From: an uncultured Pseudomonadota bacterium | GTDB taxonomy: Bacteria > Vulcanimicrobiota > Vulcanimicrobiia > Eremiobacterales > Eremiobacteraceae | DNA length: 64,000 nucleotides | Assembly (NCBI GenBank): GCA_963736005.1 | Contig: CAVTNB010000001.1 | Coordinates: 1,696,001-1,760,000 of the forward strand | Direction of reading: 5' to 3' | Shown: positions 19,173 to 29,500 of the stretch, in pieces | Layout of the letters: the number at the start of each line of letters is the position of its first letter | Numbering within the stretch: the first letter of the stretch is position 1 | The notes under the pieces: generated by a model | Databases searched by the model: none | Told to the model about the DNA's origin: nothing | Seen by the model: the letters and a program-made list of their open reading frames with translations, nothing else | Program-made: the position numbers and the translations under genes

Positions 19173-20021
19173 CTAGGTCTGCGATGCGTCTGAAAAGAGG
19201 ATTTCGAATTTGAGCATCTCGTGACCACGATGGATAAGTCGACTTGTCTTGCACATGCCAAGGCGCTCCGCGAGCACAATCGAGCGCACATTATCGGGCT
19301 GCGTCAGCGCAATGAGACGACCCAATCGAAGCGTGCGCTCAGCATACTCCTTCACGGCATCCGCGGCTTCGAACGCCAGGCCTTTGCGCCAGTGGCTAGG
19401 CAAGAGCATCCACCCAATTTCGATCTCATCGGTACCCTCAAGCATCCCGAGACCACTCTCACCGATGATGGCTCCCGAATCGCGCTCAATGATGGCCCAA
19501 TCGCCAAAGCCAAGTTGTTCGTATCGCTCGATCGTACTGACGAGTGCCGAGTCGGCCTCCCGATCTGAAAGCGGTACATTTTCGTGGATGAAGCGCATGA
19601 CATCCGGATCTTGGGTCATGCGCCGAAATGCGTCTCGGTCGGCAAAGGTCCAGCGGCGCATAAGCAGTCTCGGTGTTTCGATCACGGGCTCAGGGAATGT
19701 CAGAGTGTACAACCACCAGGCTTTGCGTTTCGTTCGATCGCTCGGATTGCGCTCAAAATACAAGGACATGCGCAGCGCGTCAGTCGTTTCAACGTCATAA
19801 TAGTGCCGACGAATGTAGGCGTCGCCGCGATCCTCGCCCATGGTGCGCTTCGAACCGTGCGTGCGAGCGACATCGAAGCGTTGATTGCGCCAGACGAAGG
19901 CCTTTGGCACCGCGGGTTCGCCACGCGCCAGCGGCGCGATGTCGAAGTATCCGGGCTCGGGGGTGATTCGTTCGCTCACAAAGACGGGTCGCGAATAAAT
20001 TCGCGACACTACATCAACCAA
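19173..20021 (-). CDS. DUF6504-like domain fused to RimJ/RimL GNAT acetyltransferase (start at 20021 or 19979)
   Basis: N-terminal GEP.VP..F.WR and YIRRHYYDV; C-terminal ETPRL.MR, EIGW and G.GLAFEA...N.RS..LAERLG. Confidence 0.8.
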   Translation of the reverse strand: MVDVVSRIYSRPVFVSERITPEPGYFDIAPLARGEPAVPKAFVWRNQRFDVARTHGSKRTMGEDRGDAYIRRHYYDVETTDALRMSLYFERNPSDRTKRKAWWLYTLTFPEPVIETPRLLMRRWTFADRDAFRRMTQDPDVMRFIHENVPLSDREADSALVSTIERYEQLGFGDWAIIERDSGAIIGESGLGMLEGTDEIEIGWMLLPSHWRKGLAFEAADAVKEYAERTLRLGRLIALTQPDNVRSIVLAERLGMCKTSRLIHRGHEMLKFEILFSDASQT

Positions 20022-20111
20022 CGCGGCGAATGAATTCGCGACACTACATCACTGCGTGGCGAATGAATTCGCGACATGAACCTACGTCGCGAATAAATTC
20101 GCGACACTACA
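19988..20111 (-). repeat. Four-unit head-to-tail array of REP family A
   Basis: GCGAAT(A/G)AATTCGCGACA at 19991, 20026, 20059 and 20089, with 7-9 nt variable linkers. Confidence 0.9.
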
Positions 20112-20637
20112 CTTCGATGCGCTCTTCGATGGAAACGTCATACAAGAATAAGAATTTATACCATTCGCCGGGCACCGTATGGCGTTTGATCTGGATCCAG
20201 GGAATGTATTTGGGCGTGCGCGGTTTGCGGCGCAGAGACATATTGGCGTCATGCGGTGTCCGGTTGTTCTTGCGATTATTGCAGATGAGGCACGCGCAGA
20301 CAAGATTCTCCCAGCTCGAAGGACCACCATTCGAACGGGGGATGACGTGATCCACCGTCATCTGGCCCTCCCCCTTTCGGCCGCAATACTGACACATGTA
20401 ATCATCGCGCAAGAGCACGTTCTTTTTTGTCAATGCTACCTTCTGGCGCGGCCTGCGAATGTAGTACAGCATGCGAATGATCGAGGGCATTCGCATCGCA
20501 ATGGTGGCCGAGCGAAGCAGCCGCTCGTTGTGGTGGAGGATCTCGGCTTTACCCGCAAACACGAGTTTGACCGCGCGTTGCAGCGATGTGACGTTGAGCG
20601 CTTCGTAGGTGGCGTTGAGCACGAGAACGTCAGTCAC
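20107..20637 (-). CDS. HNH endonuclease (McrA-like)
   Basis: VLVLNA.YE, RD..CQYCG, TVDHVIPRS.GG...WENLV.AC..CN.RK motifs. Confidence 0.93.
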   Translation of the reverse strand: MTDVLVLNATYEALNVTSLQRAVKLVFAGKAEILHHNERLLRSATIAMRMPSIIRMLYYIRRPRQKVALTKKNVLLRDDYMCQYCGRKGEGQMTVDHVIPRSNGGPSSWENLVCACLICNNRKNNRTPHDANMSLRRKPRTPKYIPWIQIKRHTVPGEWYKFLFLYDVSIEERIEV

Positions 20638-20987
20638 GTCGCACGACCGGCTCGCCGAACGAATTCTATCTGGAGTTGGGTGAGCATACCCTCAACCGCG
20701 CGCAGCGCGTCAAGCTCCATAATCTCGCGCATGGCCGCGAGGAGTGCATTTGCCCCGTCAATCGCTGCGCGCGCCTCACGCATGCTAGAGGCAGTGACGT
20801 TCGTCTCCGCCGTGACCGACGGCGCAACGCCTGCCATCTCGATGCGCATATGCGCAGCAGCAGCGTCGATCAAGAGCGAGAGCATGCTGAAGGCAAGGTC
20901 TCGCATGGGCGGGATGTCGCTGGTTGCAACATCGCCCGCAGCTTCACGTTGAGGTGTCTCGTCGTGCATTTGCGTGATAGACTCCAC
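20634..20987 (-). CDS. Hypothetical protein (DUF1844-like)
   Basis: AR.AID and L..LQ..FV helical motifs; GTGA overlap with the HNH gene. Confidence 0.55.
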   Translation of the reverse strand: MESITQMHDETPQREAAGDVATSDIPPMRDLAFSMLSLLIDAAAAHMRIEMAGVAPSVTAETNVTASSMREARAAIDGANALLAAMREIMELDALRAVEGMLTQLQIEFVRRAGRAT

Positions 20988-21064
20988 GCTTTGTCTTAAG
21001 CGTGTGGGGGTATATGCCCCTGCTGGGCCATGCGCGTGGGCGATGTGACAAGTGCCCGCGCGCG

Positions 21065-21694
21065 CTAGTGTTTCGCGGCGGACACCATCTGCAGGAAATA
21101 CTTATGAATCCTAAGATCGTCGGTTAACTCGGGATGAAACGATGTTCCCAGCAGATTGTTCTGCCAGACCATCACGCCCTTACCATCCAGAGATGCAAGG
21201 ATGTGAGCGCCGCCCCATGCAGACTCGATCCATGGCGCGCGAATAAAGACACCGGGAAATGGCTTGCCGTCCAAGCCTTCAATCTCCAGCGGCTCCTCGG
21301 CGCTCTCGATCTGCCGGCCAAAAGCGTTGCGCTTTACTTCGATATGCAGCATGCCGAGCGTCGCCTGCTTCGAACCGGCAATCTTCTCGGCCATGACGAT
21401 CATGCCCATGCACGTGCCCCACACGGGCATGCCAGCCTTTGCGCGCTCGACGAGCGGCTTGGCAAGTTTGAAATGTTCGAGCAAGTTCGCAACGGTCGTC
21501 GACTCACCACCCGGAATGATGAGGCCATCAACCGCGCGCAAGTCATCCGCAGTCTTGACCCGGACGCCTTCGACCTTGCAGGCGTGCAATGCCGCCAGAT
21601 GTTCCTCGATGTCGCCCTGTAAAGCAAGGACGCCGACGCGCAGGTTCGACTTGGCCGCGGATTCCGCCGCTTTCGCGCCCTTGGTTGCAGGCAC
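21065..21694 (-). CDS. pdxT: PLP synthase glutaminase subunit
   Basis: GVLALQG, PGGEST, GTCMG, RNAFGRQ, FIRAP and FHPEL motifs. Confidence 0.96.
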   Translation of the reverse strand: MPATKGAKAAESAAKSNLRVGVLALQGDIEEHLAALHACKVEGVRVKTADDLRAVDGLIIPGGESTTVANLLEHFKLAKPLVERAKAGMPVWGTCMGMIVMAEKIAGSKQATLGMLHIEVKRNAFGRQIESAEEPLEIEGLDGKPFPGVFIRAPWIESAWGGAHILASLDGKGVMVWQNNLLGTSFHPELTDDLRIHKYFLQMVSAAKH

Positions 21695-21697
21695 GGT

Positions 21698-22582
21698 CTA
21701 CCAGCCGCGGCCGGCGAGCAATTGCTCTTTGGGTATCTGGCTGATCTCAAGCCCGGGCATTGGGGCACCGAGCTCTTTGCTGACTTCCAAAACAACTTTC
21801 GGATCATCGAAGTAGTGCGTCGCTTCAACGATAGCCTTGGCCGTCTTGGCTGGATTCGCGCTCTTGAAGATCCCCGAACCAACAAAGACCCCTTCGGATC
21901 CAAGCTGCATGCACAGCGCTGCATCCGCGGGCGTGGCAATACCTCCGGCGACGAACATCACGACCGGCAGACGTCCGTGCTCGGCGACCTCGCGCACGAG
22001 CTCAACCGGAGCACCTAAATCGCGCGCCGTGCTCACGAGTTCTTCTTCCGGCAGAACGGAGAGCCGTCGAATGTCATCGTTGACCTGACGGAGATGGCGA
22101 ATCGCCTCAACGATGTTTCCAGATCCCGCTTCGCCTTTCGTACGAATCATTGCGGCACCCTCAGCAATTCTTCGTAAGGCCTCCCCAAGATTGCGCGCGC
22201 CGCAGACGAACGGCACGGTGAACGGTCGTTTGTCGATGTGATATGAGTCGTCGGCCGGGGTGAGGACTTCACTTTCATCGATGAAGTCGATACCTAACGC
22301 TTCGAGCACCTGCGCCTCGACAAAGTGGCCGATGCGCGCTTTCGCCATCACGGGAATGGTGACGGCATCCATAATGCGCTGAACGATTTCGATTGCCGCC
22401 ATGCGGGCAACGCCACCCTCTTTGCGAATGTCGGCCGGCACGCGCTCGAGCGCCATAACGGCCACAGCACCGGCCTCTTGAGCGATGATGGCTTGCTCGG
22501 GAGTCGTAACGTCCATAATGACGCCCGCTTTGAGCATTTGCGCGAGCCCGCGCTTGACTTTCTCCGTACCCTTTTGTTTCAC
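21698..22582 (-). CDS. pdxS: PLP synthase lyase subunit
   Basis: [26 protein letters not shown] and [10 protein letters not shown] motifs; GTG at 22582. Confidence 0.97.
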   Translation of the reverse strand: MKQKGTEKVKRGLAQMLKAGVIMDVTTPEQAIIAQEAGAVAVMALERVPADIRKEGGVARMAAIEIVQRIMDAVTIPVMAKARIGHFVEAQVLEALGIDFIDESEVLTPADDSYHIDKRPFTVPFVCGARNLGEALRRIAEGAAMIRTKGEAGSGNIVEAIRHLRQVNDDIRRLSVLPEEELVSTARDLGAPVELVREVAEHGRLPVVMFVAGGIATPADAALCMQLGSEGVFVGSGIFKSANPAKTAKAIVEATHYFDDPKVVLEVSKELGAPMPGLEISQIPKEQLLAGRGW

Positions 22583-22640
22583 GATCTTACCTCTGAGCGG
22601 ACATTGCTTGCACCGCAAGGCCCGCCTACTCTATTGGCGG

Positions 22641-22665
22641 AGCGGACGTAAAGGTCCGCTGCTAC
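22641..22665 (-). repeat. REP-like palindrome, family C
   Basis: AGCGGACGTAAAGGTCCGCT-GCTAC. Confidence 0.78.
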
Positions 22666-22768
22666 GTTGGTCACTTGCTACATCTAGGGAGCCTTATAAT
22701 GCTAGCAAAATCACCGGGCGCTGTGTACCCCCGGCAACCACATTTCGGCGGGACGGATGATACAGGCG

Positions 22769-23029
22769 CTAGTGTTGTATGTTGGCCGAAGGTGACAGGT
22801 TTGGGTGTTCCGGGAGCGCATGATGTGTCACTTTTGTCGGCGCGATGTGTTGGACGGGCTCGGTAAGGTTCACGCGCGGAGCATACCGGCTCTTGTCGCG
22901 CTCGATCATGACGTTGCCGGCGTACCTACCCGCCGAAACCGATACCACAATAACCAGGACGCCAACGACGATGGTTGACGGCGCGAAATAGGGTGAGTAC
23001 CAATCGCCCGATCGTTTTCGGGCGGGCAT
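22769..23029 (-). CDS. Small membrane-anchored hypothetical protein
   Basis: ATG overlaps the upstream stop; one TM segment. Confidence 0.5.
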   Translation of the reverse strand: MPARKRSGDWYSPYFAPSTIVVGVLVIVVSVSAGRYAGNVMIERDKSRYAPRVNLTEPVQHIAPTKVTHHALPEHPNLSPSANIQH

Positions 23030-24162
23030 TAGAACGTCCCCATCTCCTGCATGTCTGCGCCGCTCGTGATGTGCCCTTCGATCGCTAAGCGAAATTCCGT
23101 CGGACGGTCGGCCTTCGAGTATGCCTCTTTCTCCGTCACGAGGCCGCTTTGGTAGAGATCGATGAGCGACTGCGTGAAGGTCTGCATGCCGTCGAATCTG
23201 CCACCCGAAATGTACTGGTACATTTCGCTGAACTTGCCTTCCATGACGAGGCTCTTGATGGTTGGCGTGGCAATGAGCACTTCCACTGAAGGCACGAGTC
23301 CTGATCCATCCAAACGCGTCAGGAGTCGCTGCGAGACGATGCCGCGCAAACTCGTGGCGAGCTGGACCATGAACATTTTCTTGTTGGCTTCAGGCAATGC
23401 GTCCATGATACGCTCGAGTGCTTGCGTCGTGTTCTGCGTGTGAAGCGTCGAGAGGACCAAGTGGCCTGTCTCGGCGGCGGTGAGCGCGGTGATGATCGTT
23501 TCAGGGTCGCGCATCTCACCGATGAGGATGACGTCTGGGTCCTGCCGCAGCGCTTGCTTGAGCGCTATCGTAAACGACTCAGTATCAATGCCCACTTCAC
23601 GCTGCGAGATGATGCAGAGCTTGTCGACGTGGATGTACTCGATTGGATCCTCGATCGTGACGATGTGCCTGCGCTGCGTCGAATTGATATAGTCGATCAT
23701 GCAGGCCAGCGTCGTCGACTTCCCGGTGCCGGTTGCGCCGGTCAAAAGGACGATGCCGTCGCGATGATCGCAAAGGGTTTTGAGCGACGTCGGCAGCCGC
23801 AGCTCTTCAAACGTGGGGATGTCCAGCCGCACCGAGCGGAATGCCGCGCTGACCGTGCCGCGTTGGAAGTAGGCATTCACGCGGAAGCGGCCGTGACCGT
23901 GCAAGCCGTAGGCATAGTCGAGCTCTTTTGTCTCCATAAACTCTTGCTGCTGCGCGTGCGTCATCGAAGAAAAAATGAGATTTTCGCATTCGGGAAGCGA
24001 CAGCGGCCGCTCGGAGAGAGGTTTGAGAATGCCGTGTGCGCGCGCCATGGGTGGTGCGGCTGCTTTCAAGTGCAAGTCAGAAGCGCCAAGCGCGAGCATC
24101 TGCCGAAGCAGGCTGTCGAGATCCGGCGGTTTTTGTTGTTCGCGAACGACCATCGTATCCAC
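23029..24162 (-). CDS. pilT: Type IV pilus retraction ATPase, PilT/PilU family
   Basis: ASDLH, GRFRVN, TGATGTGKSTT, TIEDPIE, LRQDPD..GEMRD and AETGHLV.STLH motifs. Confidence 0.9.
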   Translation of the reverse strand: MDTMVVREQQKPPDLDSLLRQMLALGASDLHLKAAAPPMARAHGILKPLSERPLSLPECENLIFSSMTHAQQQEFMETKELDYAYGLHGHGRFRVNAYFQRGTVSAAFRSVRLDIPTFEELRLPTSLKTLCDHRDGIVLLTGATGTGKSTTLACMIDYINSTQRRHIVTIEDPIEYIHVDKLCIISQREVGIDTESFTIALKQALRQDPDVILIGEMRDPETIITALTAAETGHLVLSTLHTQNTTQALERIMDALPEANKKMFMVQLATSLRGIVSQRLLTRLDGSGLVPSVEVLIATPTIKSLVMEGKFSEMYQYISGGRFDGMQTFTQSLIDLYQSGLVTEKEAYSKADRPTEFRLAIEGHITSGADMQEMGTF

Positions 24163-24217
24163 GGGTAAAGTGCTCCTCAGGAGGGAACTGATGCCCCGAT
24201 GTTCTGGCCAGGCGTAA

Positions 24218-24243
24218 GGGGCGACCTTACAGTCGCCCGCTAC
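24218..24243 (-). repeat. REP-like palindrome, family B
   Basis: Reverse complement GTAGC-GGGCGAC-TGTAAG-GTCGCCC matches the 9246 copy. Confidence 0.8.
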
Positions 24244-24337
24244 GTGGACCTTACTAGGATTATCGGCACTTGAGCCTGTGCCCCGAACAGCCTTGGCGGG
24301 ACATTTCCATCAAGTACTTGGCCTCCCGGAGATGCCC

Positions 24338-25231
24338 ATGAAAACGGCCGCCGGCGCGTTTTCCCGCCGCGCGCATGCGAAGCTTAATCTACGCCTCGAG
24401 GTCGGCGAGCGCGTGGGGGATCTGCACTCCCTCGTGTCCGTGATTGCTCCGCTCGAGCTTGCGGATGAGCTTCGATTCTCTCCGGCGTCCGACGGCTTCA
24501 CCGTCGTGTGCGATGGGGTTGCCATACCCGAGCGCACCAATCTTGTCTGGCGCGCAGCGCATGAACTTGGGGTGCCTCCACCCATCGCCGTTGCGCTCGT
24601 CAAGCACATACCGCTCCAAGCGGGGCTTGGCGGTGGCAGCGCAGATGCGGCTGAAACACTGTTGGGCATCGCGCGCTTTCTCCATGACGGTGGACGCGAT
24701 ATTTCTCAAAGCATTCTTCATGATGCGGCGACCCGACTTGGATCCGACGTGCCAAGCGCTCTCGTTCCTGGCTTGAAGATTGTGGCGGGCGTCGGAGAAA
24801 AGGTCACGCCTTATCCGTGCACTCCGCCCAACTGGGGTATCGCTCTCCTCAAACCACGTGTTGGAAGCGATACCGCTCGTGCGTACGCGCTGCTTGATGC
24901 AACGCATTCGATGGTTCCCATTGTCGAACAGGCATTTGAGAACGCACGCGCGATGTGCCGCGCCTTTGCATCGCACGACTTCTCGAAGTTCCTAGCCTTA
25001 CTGCACAACGATTTCTGCGCAGCGATCGGGCAAGCGTTGCCCGATGTTGCCTCCGCACGCGAGCGTCTCGCGGACGCGGGCGCCACTGGAACGATTGTGT
25101 GCGGGAGTGGCTCGGGTGTTGCTGGTTTCTTTGAAGATGTCGACGCTGCGCGGCGTGCCCACGAGCGCATCTCGCTCGGCGAGGGTGAGTGGTCTACCGT
25201 CACTCGCTTTCAGAAAAGTTCGCATGTCTAG
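24338..25231 (+). CDS. ispE: 4-diphosphocytidyl-2-C-methyl-D-erythritol kinase
   Basis: AKLNL, IPLQAGLGGGSADAA, LGSDVP, HNDF and GSGS motifs. Confidence 0.9.
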   Translation: MKTAAGAFSRRAHAKLNLRLEVGERVGDLHSLVSVIAPLELADELRFSPASDGFTVVCDGVAIPERTNLVWRAAHELGVPPPIAVALVKHIPLQAGLGGGSADAAETLLGIARFLHDGGRDISQSILHDAATRLGSDVPSALVPGLKIVAGVGEKVTPYPCTPPNWGIALLKPRVGSDTARAYALLDATHSMVPIVEQAFENARAMCRAFASHDFSKFLALLHNDFCAAIGQALPDVASARERLADAGATGTIVCGSGSGVAGFFEDVDAARRAHERISLGEGEWSTVTRFQKSSHV

Positions 25232-26018
25232 CAGCGGACCTTGCGGTCCGCCAGCTTCCGAACGCTTCTCTGTCGTAGCACTCGCCGGCGGGTCGCTTGA
25301 AGCGGATTTTCGCCGAGCCCGGTATGACGTGCCAAATAAGGCCTATCTTCCAATCGGCGATGAGCTGATGATCGTTCGAGTGCTGCGGGCGCTCAAAGGC
25401 GCAGCTGGCGTGAAGGAGATCCGCTGTGTCACGCAACCCGATGCGCTCGCGTCACAACCGCAGATTCAGCGATTGTGCGACGCCGTGATTCCCCCGGGTG
25501 CAGACCTCATCGGCAGTGTGATCGCAGGACTCGAGGGTCTGCGCAATGACGAGCGTGTTCTTGTGGCTGCAACCGACATGCCGCTCCTCACGAGCGAGGC
25601 GGTCGATTCCTTTGCCGATCTCGCGTCCAGCACGCCGTGCGACGTGGGCTATGGCTTCGTGGAACGAAAGATTCACGATCGGAAGTATGCTGGCGTGCGA
25701 CACACCTGGGTGCGACTACGCGAAGGCACTTTTTGCGGCAGCGGTTTCAGCGTGCTGCGGGTTGGCGCAGCCAAGCGCATTCAAGATGCCTTGCGTCGGT
25801 TTACCGACGCGCGCAAATCGCCGGCGAAGATGGCGTCTTTGTTTTCCTTTGGCTTGGTCGTTCGTTTGCTGATGGGCCAGCTCAGTGTGAAAGAACTGGA
25901 GCAGCGCGCCAACACACTCACCGGTCTCACCTGTCGCGGTCTCATGTGCCCGTATCCGGAAGTGGCAGTGAATGTCGACCGCGTCAGCGATCTGCGGCAG
26001 ATCGAAGGTTTTTTATAG
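25224..26018 (+). CDS. MobA-like nucleotidyltransferase family protein
   Basis: LAGG...NKA.LPI, DMPLL and C-terminal NVD motifs. Confidence 0.8.
   Translation: MSSSGPCGPPASERFSVVALAGGSLEADFRRARYDVPNKAYLPIGDELMIVRVLRALKGAAGVKEIRCVTQPDALASQPQIQRLCDAVIPPGADLIGSVIAGLEGLRNDERVLVAATDMPLLTSEAVDSFADLASSTPCDVGYGFVERKIHDRKYAGVRHTWVRLREGTFCGSGFSVLRVGAAKRIQDALRRFTDARKSPAKMASLFSFGLVVRLLMGQLSVKELEQRANTLTGLTCRGLMCPYPEVAVNVDRVSDLRQIEGFL
25228..25251 (+). repeat. REP-like palindrome, family C, at the ispE/NTP-transferase junction
   Basis: CTAGC-AGCGGACC-TTGC-GGTCCGC. Confidence 0.7.
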
Positions 26019-26552
26019 ACGATCTTCGGGGCGGCCGATGCCTTGGTCGCGATAGGCTTTCGTCAACCGGACATACGCGGATGCGCCAACCTCGAGCCAT
26101 TTCTTCGAACTACCCTCGAGTGCGCGCTTGACCTTCGCTGGCGCACCCGCCGCGAGCATACCTGCGGGGATCTCCTGACCCTCGAGCACAACCGAGCCCG
26201 CCGCCACGAGCGCCTGCCTTCCCACAACCGCCCTATCTAAGATAACTGCATTCATACCGATGAGCGCGCCGCTGTGGACGTGACAGGCTTCAAGGATGGC
26301 TCCGTGACCGATCGTCACGTTATCTTCGATGACCGTATCGTGCCCTTCATAAACATGAATGACCGAGTTGTCCTGCACCGACGTATTCGCGCCGATCCGA
26401 ATGGCGGCTTCATCGCCGCGCAGCACGGCCCCGAACCACACGCTCGCTCCGTCGCCGAGTTCAACGTCTCCAATGACCGACGCCGTGGGCGCGATGAAAA
26501 CCCCTTTGCCGATTTTTGGCGTCTTGCCGTTGTACGTTAAAATACAGGCCAT
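26013..26552 (-). CDS. Gamma carbonic anhydrase family protein
   Basis: IGDV, WFGAVLRGD, QDNSVIH and TIGH motifs in hexapeptide repeats. Confidence 0.92.
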   Translation of the reverse strand: MACILTYNGKTPKIGKGVFIAPTASVIGDVELGDGASVWFGAVLRGDEAAIRIGANTSVQDNSVIHVYEGHDTVIEDNVTIGHGAILEACHVHSGALIGMNAVILDRAVVGRQALVAAGSVVLEGQEIPAGMLAAGAPAKVKRALEGSSKKWLEVGASAYVRLTKAYRDQGIGRPEDRL

Positions 26553-29500
26553 TCATCGTTCTCGCCGCGGGGAGCATCATACGGCGCATTCTTTCCTGCG
26601 TCGCCATCTGCGGGTTCCCCAGAGGATTCATCGTGTGCACGGCGCCTCGCCTCAGCGCGTTCGCGCGCGCGAAGACGACGATCCTCAAGCTCCTCAGCGT
26701 CGCTGACGAAGACCGATTGCTCGGCCTCGTCCCCGGCCTCATCGAAAGCAACGCGATCGTAGATTTCAGTCTCTTCACTGAGGCTTTTCCCACCGCGAGC
26801 TCCTTCATCCGGAATGTCAGGCGGCGGGGGATAGAGTTGACGAACCTTTCCCTTTTGCACCGGGGCGACATCTGCGGGCCGCATGAGCGGGCCGCGTGGC
26901 TGTCGTCCGAGTCCCTGCTTTTTGCGAGTATCAGGTTCGCCTTGTGGTTCTTCTTCGCGTTCGAAGTCTGGCGGCGGGTACACCTGACGAACCGCTGGTC
27001 CTTCGCGTTTCGGCTTTGGTGGCGCGGAGCGATCGCCGCGACCAAACCCTCGGCCGCCGCGCTCGCCTCGGTCGCTTCGGCCGCCACGCTCGCCTCGGTC
27101 GCCACGATCAGGCCGGACGCGTTGTGGCCCGCGCTCGCGATCCTCTTCGGGTCCTTTGCGGCGCGGGGGCAGCTCGACTTTTCGCGTTTCCACACGAATC
27201 ACCGCGGGTGCCTTCGGCTTGATGACCACATCCAACTCATCTTCGTCAACACGCCTGACCGGAACTCTCGGCTTGGGTTGCGAGCGCGATCCTCGATCTC
27301 GTGAAATCGGCTCCTTGACCCGGCCGTGCTCCGCCCGCGGGCGCGACTCGTCAATCTGTACCGGGCGCCCGTAGAGCTGACGAACGGGGCCGAACCGTTT
27401 CGGCTCGCGCATGCGCTCCGCCGGCCGTCTTGGATCGACGATCGTCTCCAACTCGTCATCCCCGCGCGCGTCGCCTTCGAAAGCGGGACTCGGACGACGC
27501 ACGACGAGCTCGTCCCCATCGTACACCGCTTCGTCTTCGTCCGCGTCGATGCGGGCGGGCGTGTCCACGCGCTGTACTCCTCGCCCTTTTCCTCGACCGC
27601 GATGCCGGCGGCGTCTCCGCCCCGCTTCTGACTCAGATTCGCTTTCGCTGAGAGGTTGACGCGGCGAAACGGCGCTTGCAGCAGGAGTGGTCACAATCGA
27701 CTCTTCATCACCGTCGTCGTAATCGATTTCTCCCTCGCCGCCGACCACAAGTGGTTGATGTTCTTGCGAACCTCGGCGCGGCGGGCCCGAGCGTCGGCGC
27801 CCGCTATCTCGGCGCTTGGCATCACTGGGCTTTTCCGTCCGCGTGCTACGGCCGCTTTGGACCGTGACTCGCGGGAAACGCTCAGCCTCTTCGTCGGCGA
27901 TCGAGAAGGCAACGTCTTGCAGTCTGCGTCGTGCGGCGGGCGCGCGCCGTTCTTCTGGCTTGCGACGTCCGTCCTCGGGGGCTTCGATCGGGCGCGGGAG
28001 TGGTGTCGGGGGCGCAATGGGCGCTTCGCCCGCAGCGATATCCTTCGCGCGTCCGCGGTCGCGGCGCCGGCGGCGCGATGCACCTGCGAGTGGCTCGGCC
28101 AGAACCGCTTTCACGAGATTGCCTTCGACGTTCTCTATTTTGAGTTTGATGGTTTGACCCGTTGCGTTGGCTGCGTCTTTGACTTCAATGAGATAACCGT
28201 TGATTTCCCCAACGCCTGATGCCGGATTGGGAAGTCGCACGGGCAGCAGTTCTACCTCGACGAAGCTCCCGACCACCGGTGCGGCGCGCATGCGGCGCGC
28301 ATCTTCAACAATAACATGCTCGCGGTGACGCTGCGTGTCGACATAGACTGCCACGTCGGCATCGTGATCTCGCGCGAGTTTTTGAAATTCATCCTGATAC
28401 CAGCCCAGCAGTTGCGTGGCGACTCCTGGATCGGCGACCACATCGAGCTTGCGCACGCTGCCAGTGTGCTCGAGGCGGTCGCGAATTTGTCGCAACACGC
28501 CGATGGCAACGGTTTCGCTCGACATCACGTTCCCCAGACCGGTGCAGTACGGGCAGTCTGAGCGTAATTGCCCTTCGAGATCCTTGCCCACACGCTTGCG
28601 GGTAAATTCCAGCAGGCCGAGTTTGGAAAATACTTGGATGGTGCTGCGCGTGCGGTCTCTGCGCAGCGCTTCGGTGAGCGTGGTGATCACCTGCTCCCGG
28701 CTACGCTCGTGGGTCATATCGATGAAGTCGACCACGATAATGCCGCCAATATCGCGCAGGCGGACCTGACGGGCAATTTCTGCGGCAGCTTCGATGTTCG
28801 TCTTCACGATCGTGTCTTCGAGGTTTCGACCACCGGTAAACTTCCCGGTGTTAACGTCGATGACCGTGAGCGCTTCTGTGTGTTCGAGGACGAGGTGCCC
28901 GCCCGATGGCAGCGGGATCTTCGGTTTGAGCAGCTTTTGAAGCTCGACGTCGATGCCGCGCTGTTCGAAGAGCGAGTTCGAACCATCCACGAGCTTCAAA
29001 CGATCGATGTATTGTGGTCCGAGCAGCGACATCGTTGAGCGAATTTCGTCGTACTGCTCTTTCGAGTCGATATAGACTGCGGTCACGTCGCTCGTGAGAA
29101 AGTCGCGCACGGCTTTGAAGACCAAGTTCAAATCTTTGTGCAGCAGTGCCGGCGCGCTTGAGCGCTTGTAACTCTCCAAGATGCCGTGCCAGAGCCGCAG
29201 CTGCACCCCCAGATCGGCGATGAGTTCAGCTTCGCTGACGCCTTGCGCCGCAGTGCGCACGATCGTGGCCATGCCTTCGGGTCGAACGCGCCGCATAATC
29301 TGCTTGAGGCGGGCGCGCTCGTTTGCGTCCTCGATTCGAGACGAAACGCCGGAGTAGCGACCCGTGGGCATCAGGACGAGATAGCGGCCGGGGAGAGAAA
29401 TGTTGGTCGAAACGCGAGCGCCTTTGAGGCCGCGCGGTTCTTTGACGACCTGGACCAAGACATCGCCGCCCACCTTGAGCAGCTCGTTGACGGTGTGGCC

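Noticed and set aside
19988..20111. CRISPR array
   Set aside because: Linkers are only 7-9 nt, units are irregular, no cas genes are present, and the same repeat is dispersed as single REP copies
20107..20637. HNH as IscB/Cas9-like nuclease or mobile homing element
   Set aside because: Only 176 aa, no RuvC or PLMP motifs, no element ends; matches the widespread standalone VLVLN-type HNH family
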